A stretch of DNA of 32,000 nt, from positions 690,001-722,000 of the forward strand of contig NZ_CP142525.1 of assembly GCF_051097895.1 (NCBI RefSeq). Direction: 5' to 3'. The translations under genes were made by a program, and so were the position numbers. Source of the stretch: Psychrobacter sp. HD31. Its GTDB lineage: Bacteria; Pseudomonadota; Gammaproteobacteria; Pseudomonadales; Moraxellaceae. The notes beneath the pieces are model-generated. The model did no database searches, was not told the DNA's origin, and saw only the letters and a list, made by a program, of their open reading frames with translations. Shown here piece by piece: positions 1 to 9,535 of this stretch. Position 1 is the first letter of the stretch. The number at the start of each line of letters is the position of its first letter.

Positions 1-1
1 T

Positions 2-1558
2 GACACTCACCTCCCTATTGAAGAAGCACCTCAGTTAAAAAAAATAGCAAGGCTAATAAAATCCCACCCCGCTGCCATTGGTAAAAAACCAAAAGAACTA
101 GGCGTTAAATTGGCATTAGAAGAAATGGGTACCCTGTTTCTTAAACTGGGTCAATTATTGTCAACTCGCCGTGATTTAGTGCCTCCACAAGTTATTAGCC
201 AACTAGAGCTGTTGCAAGATAAAGTCAAACCGTTTGATATAGATATTGCTATTGCTCAAATTGAAGATAGCAAAAAAGGGCTTGGTAAACCAGTGGCAGA
301 GCTGTTTGCACGTTTTGATACCAAACCACTCGCCGCCGCGTCAATTGCTCAAGTGCATACCGCTGCACTACCAGATGGTCGTGAGGTTGTCGTTAAAGTA
401 ACACGTCCCGATATTAGAGAAACAATCATCCAAGATTTTGAGTTGCTTAGAGACTTGGCAAAATGGGCATCTGACCGTGTAGAGGCAGCAAGAGCGGTTC
501 ATATCATTGACATTGTTGAAGACTACCGACAAATCATGCTCAATGAGCTTGATTTAACTTTAGAAGCTGGCAACACCACTAAAATGCGTAATAACTTTAT
601 TGGCTCTAACATGATATATGTGCCAGAAGTGTATGAAGCCAATACCAATGTGATGGTAATGGAGCGCATTACCGGTGTTCCTATTTCTCATACCCACGTC
701 TTTGATGAGCTAGGCTATGATAGAGCTCGCCTTGCCGAAAAAGGTTTGACCATCTTTTTTACGCAGGTATTTCGTGATAACTTCTTCCACGCTGACATGC
801 ATCCAGGCAATGTGTTTGTAGAAACCACAGCAAAAACAGACCCTCGTTATATCGGGCTTGATTGCGCCATCATGGGTGAGCTGTCAAAAGATGACCAGCT
901 TGTCGTTGCCCGTATGCTGCTAGCAGTGATGAACAATAACTTTACAGGCTTGGTTGATATTGTGTATCGTGCAGGCTGGATACCACCTGATACCGATAAA
1001 CATGCATTAATGCGTGACATGCGTCGCACCATTTCTCCCATGGTGCAAAAACCAATCAATGAAATAGATTTTGCTGGTGTGTTGATGCAAATACTTGACA
1101 TTGCACGACGCCATCACATGAGTATCCCACCTCAGTTGATGCTATTGCTTAAAACCTTAGTACATGTTGAAGGGCTTGGACGTGATTTGTATCCAGATTT
1201 AGACATCTGGTCACTTGCAAAACCGATTTTAACCAGCTGGGTTAAAGAGCAATTAGACCCTATTCGCAATTTACAACACATCCGTCAACAACTCCCTGAG
1301 CTTTTATTATCATCAACCGATTTACCTAAACTCGTCGATAAAGGTCTACAAAGTTTGGCATCTGCTGGCTCCCGTCAAGAAATGCAGCTAAGAGAGATGC
1401 AACAACTAAGAGCGGATATGCTTAATGACAGACGCAACGATTGGATTGCACTCGCAGGGCTTGCCATTAGTATTGGGGTTGCCACCCAAGTTAACTGGTT
1501 TGCACCTATATTTTATTTTATTGCCATCTGCTTTGTTATTTGGCGCATTTTTAGATAG
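2..1558 (+). CDS. ubiB: UbiB (ABC1/aarF kinase-like ubiquinone biosynthesis protein); 5' end lies outside the window
   Basis: The frame is open from nt 2 (..GVKLALEEMGTLFLKLGQLLSTRRDL..), so the TTG at 110 used by the ORF track is internal. It is colinear with E. coli UbiB as I recall it (KFGQMLSTRRDL, ASIAQVH, FFHADMHPGN, YIGLDCAIMG). It ends with a hydrophobic C-terminal helix pair. Confidence 0.9.
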   Translation, partial: DTHLPIEEAPQLKKIARLIKSHPAAIGKKPKELGVKLALEEMGTLFLKLGQLLSTRRDLVPPQVISQLELLQDKVKPFDIDIAIAQIEDSKKGLGKPVAELFARFDTKPLAAASIAQVHTAALPDGREVVVKVTRPDIRETIIQDFELLRDLAKWASDRVEAARAVHIIDIVEDYRQIMLNELDLTLEAGNTTKMRNNFIGSNMIYVPEVYEANTNVMVMERITGVPISHTHVFDELGYDRARLAEKGLTIFFTQVFRDNFFHADMHPGNVFVETTAKTDPRYIGLDCAIMGELSKDDQLVVARMLLAVMNNNFTGLVDIVYRAGWIPPDTDKHALMRDMRRTISPMVQKPINEIDFAGVLMQILDIARRHHMSIPPQLMLLLKTLVHVEGLGRDLYPDLDIWSLAKPILTSWVKEQLDPIRNLQHIRQQLPELLLSSTDLPKLVDKGLQSLASAGSRQEMQLREMQQLRADMLNDRRNDWIALAGLAISIGVATQVNWFAPIFYFIAICFVIWRIFR

Positions 1559-1621
1559 ATGTGTCACTAAAACTACTTGTTAATGCTATGAACCGAATGA
1601 ACACTATTTACAGTTAAAAAT

Positions 1622-1656
1622 AAAAGCCCCAAAAACCAAAAGTTTTTGGGGCTTTT
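1622..1656. terminator. Bidirectional rho-independent terminator between convergent ubiB and frdD
   Basis: AAAAGCCCCAAAAAC / loop CAAAA / GTTTTTGGGGCTTTT. The 11-bp GC-containing stem is perfect and is flanked by an A-tract and a T-tract. Confidence 0.85.
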
Positions 1657-1762
1657 AAATTCATCAACTGACAGTTTTTTTAATATTCATGACTATAAGC
1701 AGCATCGTGAATGCGTTATACCTAACTTTTTAAAACGATTTATTCTAGTGTGGGATTTTAAG

Positions 1763-2113
1763 TTAAGCAACCAAACCAAAATACAAGGTTAATAAAAACG
1801 CTACAATTGCAAAAGCATAAAAGAATAAACGAACACCATTGCCAACATGAATATGCATGTCATGCAAAATATAATAAAAGCGGTGTACACCATGCCAAAG
1901 CAAGGTAAAAATAAGCCCAGCAAGCACAATAAACACAACTGGATGTGCTATAACACCATGCACATTATTAAAAAATGCTTCGCTACTGCCCAAAATACCC
2001 ATCGGCAATAAAATACAAATCACCAAAATTAGGGGCGCTAGTGCCATTGCTGCCACTGTACCACCAGCTGAAAAAATACCCCAATAGATTGGCTTAAGAT
2101 GTTTTGTACTCAC
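1763..2113 (-). CDS. frdD: Fumarate reductase membrane anchor subunit D
   Basis: 116 aa with three hydrophobic helices, colinear with E. coli FrdD (..WG.F.AGG.., W.G.HR..H..HD..IHV). It has a GTG start at 2113 preceded by GGGGAG, and it is the last gene in the frdABCD order. Confidence 0.85.
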   Translation of the reverse strand: MSTKHLKPIYWGIFSAGGTVAAMALAPLILVICILLPMGILGSSEAFFNNVHGVIAHPVVFIVLAGLIFTLLWHGVHRFYYILHDMHIHVGNGVRLFFYAFAIVAFLLTLYFGLVA

Positions 2114-2149
2114 AATATTACTCCCCTACTAAAATTAGATATAGCCACA

Positions 2150-2551
2150 TTAGGCAAAATAGCTAACCAACGCAATTAAAACAAGCGTAATGGCAACTAA
2201 GGCAAACCAACTGCCCATCACTAATGTTTTTTCTGGCACAAACTTCTCGCCTTTTTGGATTGGCATAGCTTTTGGTACAGCATCAAACCATGTTTTACTA
2301 TTGTACAGTGCTGCCACAATCACTATTAAATGGAAAATAACCATCAATGGATTTGATTGCCAAGCAACCCAAGATTGCCATTTTTCAAGGCTTGTCGCTA
2401 AATGCGCTAATCCACAAAATAAGTTGAGTGATTCTAAAGCAACTGGCACAGCAGTTAATTCACGCAACATATACATAGAAAAGAATTTGTTTTCTCTATA
2501 CCAATTTGCAGGTTGCTGTTTTTGATACGGCTTACGAACTGAGTTAGACAT
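2150..2551 (-). CDS. frdC: Fumarate reductase membrane anchor subunit C
   Basis: 133 aa with RKPY.., F..YMLRE.TAVP and ..KTWF.. as in E. coli FrdC. The start lies 9 nt after the frdB stop, with a GGGGG Shine-Dalgarno. Confidence 0.85.
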   Translation of the reverse strand: MSNSVRKPYQKQQPANWYRENKFFSMYMLRELTAVPVALESLNLFCGLAHLATSLEKWQSWVAWQSNPLMVIFHLIVIVAALYNSKTWFDAVPKAMPIQKGEKFVPEKTLVMGSWFALVAITLVLIALVSYFA

Positions 2552-2560
2552 AACGCCCCC

Positions 2561-3379
2561 TTATTTGCTACCAAATAGTGATTTTGCCCAATACGGAATT
2601 GCCGCGGCTTTACTTTGTTGTATTGCACCTGCTGGATCAACATGTTTTGGACAAACCTCAGAACAATAACCAACAAAGGTACAAGGCCAGATACCATCTG
2701 AATCATTAAGCACAGTGTATCTTTGTGCTGCGCCTTTATCACGGCTATCTAAGTTGTATCTGTGTGCTAAAGCCGATGCCGCTGGTCCTAAAAACTCGGC
2801 ATTAAGCCCAATTTGAGGACAAGCCTGATAGCAAAGCAAGCAATTAATACACATACTATATTTTTTAAACTTAGCCAACTGCTTTGGTGATTGCAAGTTT
2901 TGCTGCTTTTTAACTTTTGTCGCTGGCTCTGTATGCGCAACAGGTTTTGCAGTTGCATCAACAATATAAGGACTAATAGATTCTAACTTTTTAATGAAAG
3001 GGTCGACATCAATCACCAAATCTTTTTCTACTGGCATTTGGTCTAATGCCCCAATTCGGATATTTGCATTATTTTTGCTATCGGCAATTTTAGCTTGTGC
3101 ATAATCCCGCACAAAAGTCGAACAAGCTAATTTAGGCATACCATTAACAACCATGCCACAAGAGCCACAAACCTCCATACGACAAGACCATCTAAAGCTT
3201 AAGTCAGGTGCATAAAAGTCTTTAATGTGCAAAAGTGCATCTAAAATAGACATGTCTTGCGACCATTCTATTTCAAACGCTTGCCACCAAGGGCTATCGT
3301 CTTCATTAGGTCGATAGCGCATTACCTCGATTACTACTTTACTAATTGTATCCGTTGGGATATTGGTTTGGGTGGTCAT
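2561..3379 (-). CDS. frdB: Fumarate reductase iron-sulfur subunit
   Basis: Cys clusters are present: SCRMEVCGSCGM, CINCLLCYQACP and CTFVGYCSEVCPKHVDP. It is about 20-30 aa longer than E. coli FrdB because of two roughly 10-aa insertions (aa ~94-115 and ~141-177). Confidence 0.93.
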   Translation of the reverse strand: MTTQTNIPTDTISKVVIEVMRYRPNEDDSPWWQAFEIEWSQDMSILDALLHIKDFYAPDLSFRWSCRMEVCGSCGMVVNGMPKLACSTFVRDYAQAKIADSKNNANIRIGALDQMPVEKDLVIDVDPFIKKLESISPYIVDATAKPVAHTEPATKVKKQQNLQSPKQLAKFKKYSMCINCLLCYQACPQIGLNAEFLGPAASALAHRYNLDSRDKGAAQRYTVLNDSDGIWPCTFVGYCSEVCPKHVDPAGAIQQSKAAAIPYWAKSLFGSK

Positions 3380-3429
3380 AATAACTGCCTTAACCTAATA
3401 ATTGTTAACTGTTTTTTGTTTATTTGTCT

Positions 3430-5229
3430 TTATTTAGCTGATTTATCACCCGCTGCACCATAGGCACGTTGTGCTGGTAATGATTTAGTAATGGTTACCG
3501 GTGCATAATCAATATCTGGAGCTTTATGGGCATTGTAATAAGCCAGCGAATGTCGTAAATAATTTTCATCATCTCGCTCAGGGTAGTCTAAACGCTGATG
3601 AGAGCCACGAGACTCTTTACGTGCAGCTGCGCTATAAATCATCGCTTCGGCAACATCTAACAAGAAGCCAAGCTCAATAACGCCCAACCAATCTGTATTA
3701 AATACTCGGCTATGATCAGTTACTTTGACATTTTTATAACGTTGTTTCAGTGCTGTAATCTTACTAATTGCCAGCTCACAATCTTCGGCACTACGATAAA
3801 TACCAATGTGAGTATCCATTAATATTCCCATATCATTACGAATATCAGCAGGATTTTCTGTACCATCTGTTTTATGAAGAAGCTCAAGATATGGCATTAA
3901 TTTAGATTCTGCTAATTTTGTAAAGTTATCACTATGGCTATGTTGCTTCTTAGCAAATTCTAACGCTTGCTCACCAGCGACTTTACCAAATACAGAAAGC
4001 TCTGATAAAGAGTTAGAACCAAGACGATTGGCGCCATGCAAACCAACTGAGGCACATTCACCTACGGCAAACAACCCTGCCATTGGTGTTTCGCACAGTC
4101 CATTGGTTTTAATGCCACCCATGGTGTAGTGTGCAGTAGGACGCACAGGAATAGGTGCATGAACCGGATCAACGCCCACAAACTTCATCGCTAGTGAACG
4201 AATAAATGGCAAGCGTTCGTTAATATACTCTTCACCAAGGTGACGTAAATCTAAGTTAACAACCGCACCACGGGCAGTTTCAATTGCATTCCCTTTTTTC
4301 CACTCATGATAAAAAGCTTGAGATAACCTATCACGAGGACCCAACTCCATATATTTATTTTTTGGTTCACCAATTGGGGTCTCTGGACCTAAACCGTAAT
4401 CTTGTAAATAACGATACCCCTCTTTATTGGTAACAATCCCCCCCTCACCACGGCAGCCTTCTGTCATCAAAATACCTGAACCCGGTAAGCCAGTTGGATG
4501 ATATTGTACAAACTCCATATCTTGCAAAGGGACACCCTGGCGGTACGCAAGTGCCATACCATCACCCGTAACAATGCCACCGTTTGTATTGTATTGATAA
4601 ACACGCCCAGCACCACCTGTCGCAATAATCACACTTTTGGCTTTAAATGCTCTGGCGTTACCATTTTGCATATCAAATGCCAGAACCCCTTGAACTTGAT
4701 TGTCTTCAATCAATAAATCAAGGGCAAAGTGCTCGTCATATCTAATAATACTGTCAAATTGGAGAGAGGTTTGAAAAAGGGTGTGTAAAATATGAAAGCC
4801 AGTTTTATCGGCAGCAAACCAAGTGCGAGGGATTTTCATGCCACCAAAACGGCGAACATTTGCGGTACCATCTGGATTCCGTGACCACGGGCAACCCCAG
4901 TGCTCTAGCTCTACCATTTCTTCTGTTGCATGTTCAACAAAATACTCAACCACATCTTGGTCACAAAGCCAGTCACCACCAGATACCGTATCATTAAAGT
5001 GATTATCTAAGCTGTCATCCTCACGCACAACCCCAGCAGCACCGCCTTCTGCTGCCACTGTATGGCTACGCATTGGATAAACTTTAGAAATAAGAGCGAT
5101 TTTTGTAGATGGCGACTTTCGAGCAATCTCAATTGCTGCTCTAAGCCCTGCACCACCTGCACCAATAATTGCAACATCTGTTTCAATCATATCAATATTG
5201 GCTTGCAATTTGCTGGCTTGAATTGACAT
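3430..5229 (-). CDS. frdA: Fumarate reductase flavoprotein subunit
   Basis: 599 aa with the FAD fold DVAIIGAGGAGLRAA, the covalent-FAD region RSHTVAAEGG, and QYHPTG, RGEGG and GANRLGSNSL. It is colinear with E. coli FrdA over the whole length. Confidence 0.95.
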   Translation of the reverse strand: MSIQASKLQANIDMIETDVAIIGAGGAGLRAAIEIARKSPSTKIALISKVYPMRSHTVAAEGGAAGVVREDDSLDNHFNDTVSGGDWLCDQDVVEYFVEHATEEMVELEHWGCPWSRNPDGTANVRRFGGMKIPRTWFAADKTGFHILHTLFQTSLQFDSIIRYDEHFALDLLIEDNQVQGVLAFDMQNGNARAFKAKSVIIATGGAGRVYQYNTNGGIVTGDGMALAYRQGVPLQDMEFVQYHPTGLPGSGILMTEGCRGEGGIVTNKEGYRYLQDYGLGPETPIGEPKNKYMELGPRDRLSQAFYHEWKKGNAIETARGAVVNLDLRHLGEEYINERLPFIRSLAMKFVGVDPVHAPIPVRPTAHYTMGGIKTNGLCETPMAGLFAVGECASVGLHGANRLGSNSLSELSVFGKVAGEQALEFAKKQHSHSDNFTKLAESKLMPYLELLHKTDGTENPADIRNDMGILMDTHIGIYRSAEDCELAISKITALKQRYKNVKVTDHSRVFNTDWLGVIELGFLLDVAEAMIYSAAARKESRGSHQRLDYPERDDENYLRHSLAYYNAHKAPDIDYAPVTITKSLPAQRAYGAAGDKSAK

Positions 5230-5388
5230 AGTTTTCCACCATTTTTTTTAGATGATTATGTGTTTTTTGTTGCAAGTATTATAAATTATTTTTTGGTTAA
5301 ACCCACATTTAATATAATGATTTAATTATAACTATCATTTATTTTATAAATAAAAACTTTAAGGTTAAAAATACCTTAGTCATTGTAT

Positions 5389-6372
5389 CTAATTAAATTG
5401 CGATATCGCTTTTTGTGTCAAAATTCGACCTTTTGCTGTTCGCAACACATATCCTTGTTGAATAAGATATGGTTCAATGACATCTTCAAGCGTCCCTCTA
5501 TCTTCTGCCATCGCCGCTGCAATCGATTCTACACCTGCCGGTTTATTATCAAAACGTTCATATAGCATTTCAATGTACCGTCTGTCTAAATGGTCAAGCC
5601 CTCGTCTATCAACAGCCAGCATATCTAACGCACTAGAAGCTACATCGCCAGTTACCTCGCCATTTGCTTTAATCTCGGCATAATCACGCACACGCCTTAG
5701 TAAACGGTTTGCAATACGTGGTGTACCACGTGAGCGATGCGCAACTTCTTTTGCGCCCTCAGCAGTCATTTGAATGCCAAGTAACCGAGCAGAACGCTTA
5801 ACAATGGTTGTTAAGTCTTCAATGCTATAAAACTCAAGCCGTTGCACAATACCAAACCTATCACGCAGTGGCGACGTTAATAGCCCGGCTCTGGTAGTTG
5901 CAGCAACCAAGGTAAATGGCGGTAAGTCTAATTTAATTGAACGAGCCGCAGGACCCTCCCCAATCATAATATCCAGCTGAAAATCTTCCATAGCTGGGTA
6001 TAGGATTTCTTCAATCACTGGGCTTAGCCTGTGTATTTCATCAATAAAAAGCACATCGCCTTCTTCAAGGTTGGTTAGCATGGCAGCTAAATCTCCCGCA
6101 CGCTCTAACACAGGTCCAGAAGTAGAACGAAGGTTACCGCCCATTTCTTTTGCGATGATGTTTGATAACGTGGTTTTACCAAGCCCTGGTGGTCCAAAGA
6201 TAAGGGTGTGATCTAACGCTTCATTACGTTTGCGGGCTGCACCAATAAACACCGACATTTGCTCTTTAACAACGGGTTGTCCGATATATTCATCAAGTGA
6301 ACTAGGGCGAATGTTTACATCCGCACTGTCACCTTTCATCTCATCTGGGGTTATTAATCTATTATTATTCAT
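5389..6372 (-). CDS. ruvB: Holliday junction branch-migration ATPase RuvB
   Basis: Walker [10 protein letters not shown] and Walker B FIDEIHRL are present, along with the arginine/sensor region [16 protein letters not shown] and a winged-helix C-terminus. Confidence 0.95.
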   Translation of the reverse strand: MNNNRLITPDEMKGDSADVNIRPSSLDEYIGQPVVKEQMSVFIGAARKRNEALDHTLIFGPPGLGKTTLSNIIAKEMGGNLRSTSGPVLERAGDLAAMLTNLEEGDVLFIDEIHRLSPVIEEILYPAMEDFQLDIMIGEGPAARSIKLDLPPFTLVAATTRAGLLTSPLRDRFGIVQRLEFYSIEDLTTIVKRSARLLGIQMTAEGAKEVAHRSRGTPRIANRLLRRVRDYAEIKANGEVTGDVASSALDMLAVDRRGLDHLDRRYIEMLYERFDNKPAGVESIAAAMAEDRGTLEDVIEPYLIQQGYVLRTAKGRILTQKAISQFN

Positions 6373-6439
6373 TAGGCTATTTTTTTATTTCAGTATTTAC
6401 ACGTGACTCTGTCGCAATCAACAATTTATTGCAATTGTT

Positions 6440-7057
6440 TTATGCCAATTGTTTTAAAGAGGCTTTTAACAAGGTTTGAATATCAACGGGTTCATCAAAT
6501 GCTTGATTTGCCAGTTTAATGGCTTGTTGCGCTTCTTTTTCTTTATATCCAAGGCTCATCAACGCCGCTTCAACTTCTGCTAATATTTTCATTTCATGAT
6601 TCATTGATGGCGCGTTTTCATTATCAACAACAATATCAGCATCCACCACTTCAATATTTTTAAGCTTATCTTTTAACTCTATCAACAATCTTTGCGCCGT
6701 TTTTTTGCCAATACCAGGCACTTTTACTAGTGCCGACTCATCTTGTTTATTAACACATGACTTTAATTGGGCAGAAGACATGCTTGATAACATCGCTAGC
6801 GCCATTTTTGCACCAACGCCATTAATTTTAATCAGTTGTTTAAATACATCACGTTCTTGATACTCAGTAAAACCATACAAAAGTTGAGCATCTTCCCTCA
6901 CATGCAAGTGTGTCCAGATTTTAACAACGGTATCCATTTGTAGTTGGCAAAAAGCAGGTACAGGCAATTCTATTTCATAGCCGATGCCAGAATTTGTTAA
7001 AACAACCGCAACTGGTGCCGATAGGTGTAAAACTTTGCCTTCAATAAGTCCAATCAT
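6440..7057 (-). CDS. ruvA: Holliday junction DNA-binding protein RuvA (start moved to the ATG at 7055-7057)
   Basis: MIGLIEGKV.. is the canonical RuvA N-terminus and gives 205 aa. HhH motifs are present (INGVGAKMALAML, VPGIGKKTAQRL). The ORF-track 5' extension (7058-7171) contains the terminator hairpin of the upstream gene. Confidence 0.9.
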   Translation of the reverse strand: MIGLIEGKVLHLSAPVAVVLTNSGIGYEIELPVPAFCQLQMDTVVKIWTHLHVREDAQLLYGFTEYQERDVFKQLIKINGVGAKMALAMLSSMSSAQLKSCVNKQDESALVKVPGIGKKTAQRLLIELKDKLKNIEVVDADIVVDNENAPSMNHEMKILAEVEAALMSLGYKEKEAQQAIKLANQAFDEPVDIQTLLKASLKQLA

Positions 7058-7119
7058 AAGTGTCCAAAACAAGTTAATTAAATTACAGTGTACAATAGTA
7101 TTAGGTGGCTTGCTAGCAA

Positions 7120-7156
7120 ATAAAAAACCTTGATAACTGCTTAAGTTATCAAGGTT
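7120..7156 (-). terminator. Rho-independent terminator after the 7172-7432 lipoprotein gene
   Basis: Perfect 13-bp stem AACCTTGATAACT / loop GCTTA / AGTTATCAAGGTT (7126-7156), followed on the minus strand by TTTTTTATTT. Confidence 0.8.
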
Positions 7157-7171
7157 AACTATTTTAATCAT

Positions 7172-7432
7172 TTAAAATTGTTGATTTTCTTCAACGTTCT
7201 TTTCAATTTCGCCAGGTTCAAATGAGTCAGCTACTTCGCTTTGTTCCGCTTTTTGCTCACTGCCAGACTCTTGGGTGTTAAGTTGGGCTTGATTTGCTTC
7301 AGTGTTGTGAACTTCTGTATTTTTTTCATTTGTATGGGTTGACTCTACAGGTGCTTCTTCTGACTTTTGAGCACAGGCTGTTAAAGCAAATATGCCAGTT
7401 AAAATGCTAGCGATAAGTAGTTTGGTAGACAT
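7172..7432 (-). CDS. Small acidic lipoprotein (86 aa), function unknown
   Basis: Signal peptide MSTKLLIASILTGIFALTAC with lipobox L-T-A-C. An AGAGG Shine-Dalgarno sits upstream of the ATG. The mature part is E/Q/N/T-rich and acidic. Confidence 0.75.
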   Translation of the reverse strand: MSTKLLIASILTGIFALTACAQKSEEAPVESTHTNEKNTEVHNTEANQAQLNTQESGSEQKAEQSEVADSFEPGEIEKNVEENQQF

Positions 7433-7444
7433 AAATAAACCTCT

Positions 7445-7481
7445 TAAAAAAATAAAGGCATACTCACAGAATGAGTATGCC
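7445..7481 (-). terminator. Rho-independent terminator after the 7505-7897 lipoprotein gene
   Basis: Perfect 10-bp stem GGCATACTCA / loop CAGAA / TGAGTATGCC (7457-7481), followed on the minus strand by TTTATTTTTTT. Confidence 0.8.
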
Positions 7482-7504
7482 CAACACTCTAAAGTGAGTA
7501 TATA

Positions 7505-7897
7505 TTAGTTGCTAGCAGCTTCTTTAACCGCGTCAGCACCTTCTTTAGCAGTGTCAACTACTGCTTCAGCGCCTTCTTTAGCTGTATCAACTACTGCTTC
7601 AGCACCTTCTTTAGTTGCTTCAGCTGCTTTTTCTACTACGTTTTTATCATCCGCAGCAGCTTCAGCTTCTTCTTTAGCATGCTCAGCATGTTCTTCAGCT
7701 TCTTCTGCTTTTTCAACAGCAGCTTCTGCTTCTTCTTTCGCTTCTTCAGCGTTTGCTTCTGCTTCTTTAGCTTCAGCATTTGCTTCTTCAGCAGCCGCAG
7801 CAGCTTCTTCAGCAGGCTTTTCTTCTGTTTTTTGTGCACATGCAGTTAAAGCAAATGTACCTGCTAGTAGGCTAGCAATAAGTAGTTTAGTAGACAT
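7505..7897 (-). CDS. Small Ala/Glu/Lys-rich lipoprotein (130 aa), function unknown; start moved to the ATG at 7895-7897
   Basis: Signal peptide MSTKLLIASLLAGTFALTAC with lipobox L-T-A-C. An AGAGG Shine-Dalgarno sits 9-13 nt upstream of this ATG, whereas the ORF-track start at 7906 is a TTG. The mature part is low-complexity A/E/K and ends in three 11-aa repeats. Confidence 0.75.
   Translation of the reverse strand: MSTKLLIASLLAGTFALTACAQKTEEKPAEEAAAAAEEANAEAKEAEANAEEAKEEAEAAVEKAEEAEEHAEHAKEEAEAAADDKNVVEKAAEATKEGAEAVVDTAKEGAEAVVDTAKEGADAVKEAASN
7520..7618 (-). repeat. Three tandem 33-nt (11-aa) coding repeats at the 3' end of the lipoprotein gene
   Basis: Two near-identical 33-nt units (7533-7565 and 7566-7598) plus diverged copies on both sides. 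They encode ATKEGAEAVVD / TAKEGAEAVVD / TAKEGADAVKE. Confidence 0.85.
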
Positions 7898-8099
7898 AAT
7901 AATCAACCTCTTTATTCGTTTTATTAACTTACTGGGTAATGTAAGCGGATAAAATTCTATAATGAGATGAACCGCTACGCAAGCATATTATTGTAATTTT
8001 TTACAAAAAATTTTTAAAATTGTAACTATTTATTATTACATTGATATGACAAAAGCGATAAATTACTGCAATTTACCACTTTTATTTACCTTAAAAAAG

Positions 8100-9296
8100 T
8101 TACAATGTTAACGCTTTTACTGCTGGCAGCTCTTTACCTTCAACAAACTCTAAGAAAGCACCACCACCCGTAGACATATAACTGACACCCTCTACAACAT
8201 TATATTTATAGATTGCTGCTAGCGTATCACCACCACCAGCGATAGAAAAACCATCACTATTTTTTACAGCTTCTGAAACAATTTTGGTACCTTCACCAAA
8301 TTTATCTACTTCAAACACACCAACAGGACCATTCCACAAAATAGTTTTTGCTGCATTAATGGCATCAGCCAATAAGTTTGCGCTGGTTGGTGCAATATCT
8401 AAAATCATATCATTGTCGCCAATCTCAGCTAATGATTTAACAGTCGCTGTACTCGATTCAAGCGATCCTAAAAAATCTTCAAAGTCAATTTGAGTTTTGT
8501 CTGCTACTACCACTTGTTCCGGCAGTAATACTTCTGTTTGCTGCATAATTTGTTTTGCTGTTTCTACCAAATCAGCTTCATACAATGAGGCACCAACCGA
8601 ATGCCCTTTAGCCGCAATAAAGGTATTTGCAATACCGCCACCAACAATCAATTGATCACAAATTTGCGCCAATGACTTTAAAACATCCAGTTTTGTAGAA
8701 ACTTTAGAGCCACCAACAATGGCAATCATTGGTTTTGCCGGTGCTTGCAATGCTTTACCTAAGGCATCTAACTCGGTGGCTAACAAAGGTCCTGCACAAA
8801 CTGGCTTGCCTGCTAAACTGGCTGCTTTAATAACACCATGAGTAGAAGCCTGAGCACGGTGGGCAGTACCAAAAGCATCCATTACAAACACATCACAAAG
8901 GTTTGCATAAGCTTGCGAAAGTGCCTCATCGTCTTTTTTCTCACCTTTGTTAAAGCGTACATTTTCTAACAATACAACTTGACCTTCTTCCACTTCAACC
9001 TGACCATCAAGGTAGTCTTTTACCAATTTAACTTCTTGACCTAACGCATTCGTTAAATACTCTGCCACTGGTGCTAATGAGAATTTATCTTCGCTTTCAC
9101 CTTCAGTTGGTCGACCAAGGTGCGAACAAACCAAAACGCCAGCGCCCTTTTGCAGTCCCAGCTTAATGGTTGGGATGCTTGCCTGAATACGCGCATCGTT
9201 TGATACGTTTCCATCTTTTACTGGCACATTTAAATCTTCACGAATTAATACAGTTTTACCTGTCAACTCTAATTCAGTCATTCGTAAAAAGCTCAT
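8100..9296 (-). CDS. pgk: Phosphoglycerate kinase
   Basis: 398 aa with the N-terminus [26 protein letters not shown] (E. coli has [26 protein letters not shown]). [15 protein letters not shown] and GGGDT motifs are present. Confidence 0.95.
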   Translation of the reverse strand: MSFLRMTELELTGKTVLIREDLNVPVKDGNVSNDARIQASIPTIKLGLQKGAGVLVCSHLGRPTEGESEDKFSLAPVAEYLTNALGQEVKLVKDYLDGQVEVEEGQVVLLENVRFNKGEKKDDEALSQAYANLCDVFVMDAFGTAHRAQASTHGVIKAASLAGKPVCAGPLLATELDALGKALQAPAKPMIAIVGGSKVSTKLDVLKSLAQICDQLIVGGGIANTFIAAKGHSVGASLYEADLVETAKQIMQQTEVLLPEQVVVADKTQIDFEDFLGSLESSTATVKSLAEIGDNDMILDIAPTSANLLADAINAAKTILWNGPVGVFEVDKFGEGTKIVSEAVKNSDGFSIAGGGDTLAAIYKYNVVEGVSYMSTGGGAFLEFVEGKELPAVKALTL

Positions 9297-9535
9297 AAAA
9301 AAACCTTATTTTTGATTGGCGATATTAAACAAAACACAGCAAAATTTAGAGTGCAATTGCACCCATTTATTTGCTGATATTCTAAAAGTGATTTTTAAGA
9401 TTTTAGCATATTCTGGATATAGGTTGTAATGTTAATATGCCTATTGGTTTATGCTTTTTGATAGACCCTAACACACAAGTTGTATAAGATAAAACTAATC
9501 TCTTTTGTTTAGTTAGATAAGCTCAAGGAGGCAAT

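Noticed and set aside
5230-5388. An FNR site (TTGAT-N4-ATCAA) expected upstream of the anaerobically induced frdABCD operon
   Set aside because: I could not find a TTGAT-N4-ATCAA-like element. The only TGAT/ATCA pair is 12 nt apart. The weak AT-rich hairpin TAAGGT-N7-ACCTTA (5360-5380) is at best a leaky ruvB terminator.
7081-7100. A possible LexA (SOS) box upstream of ruvA, since ruvAB is SOS-regulated in E. coli
   Set aside because: Only one half-site (CTGT/ACAG) is present. No CTGT-N8-ACAG arrangement can be made on either strand.
7058-7171. A 38-codon 5' extension of ruvA in the ORF track
   Set aside because: The extension is not RuvA-like and contains the 13-bp-stem terminator of the upstream lipoprotein gene. 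The canonical RuvA N-terminus MIGLIEG starts at 7057.
7509-7952. A 147-aa plus-strand ORF and a 67-aa minus-strand ORF (7636-7839) overlapping the Ala/Glu-rich lipoprotein gene
   Set aside because: These are Ser/Ala-rich and Lys/Leu-rich translations, the frame-shifted or antisense shadows expected from a GCT/GAA/GCA low-complexity coding repeat. Only the lipoprotein frame has a Shine-Dalgarno, a signal peptide and a terminator.
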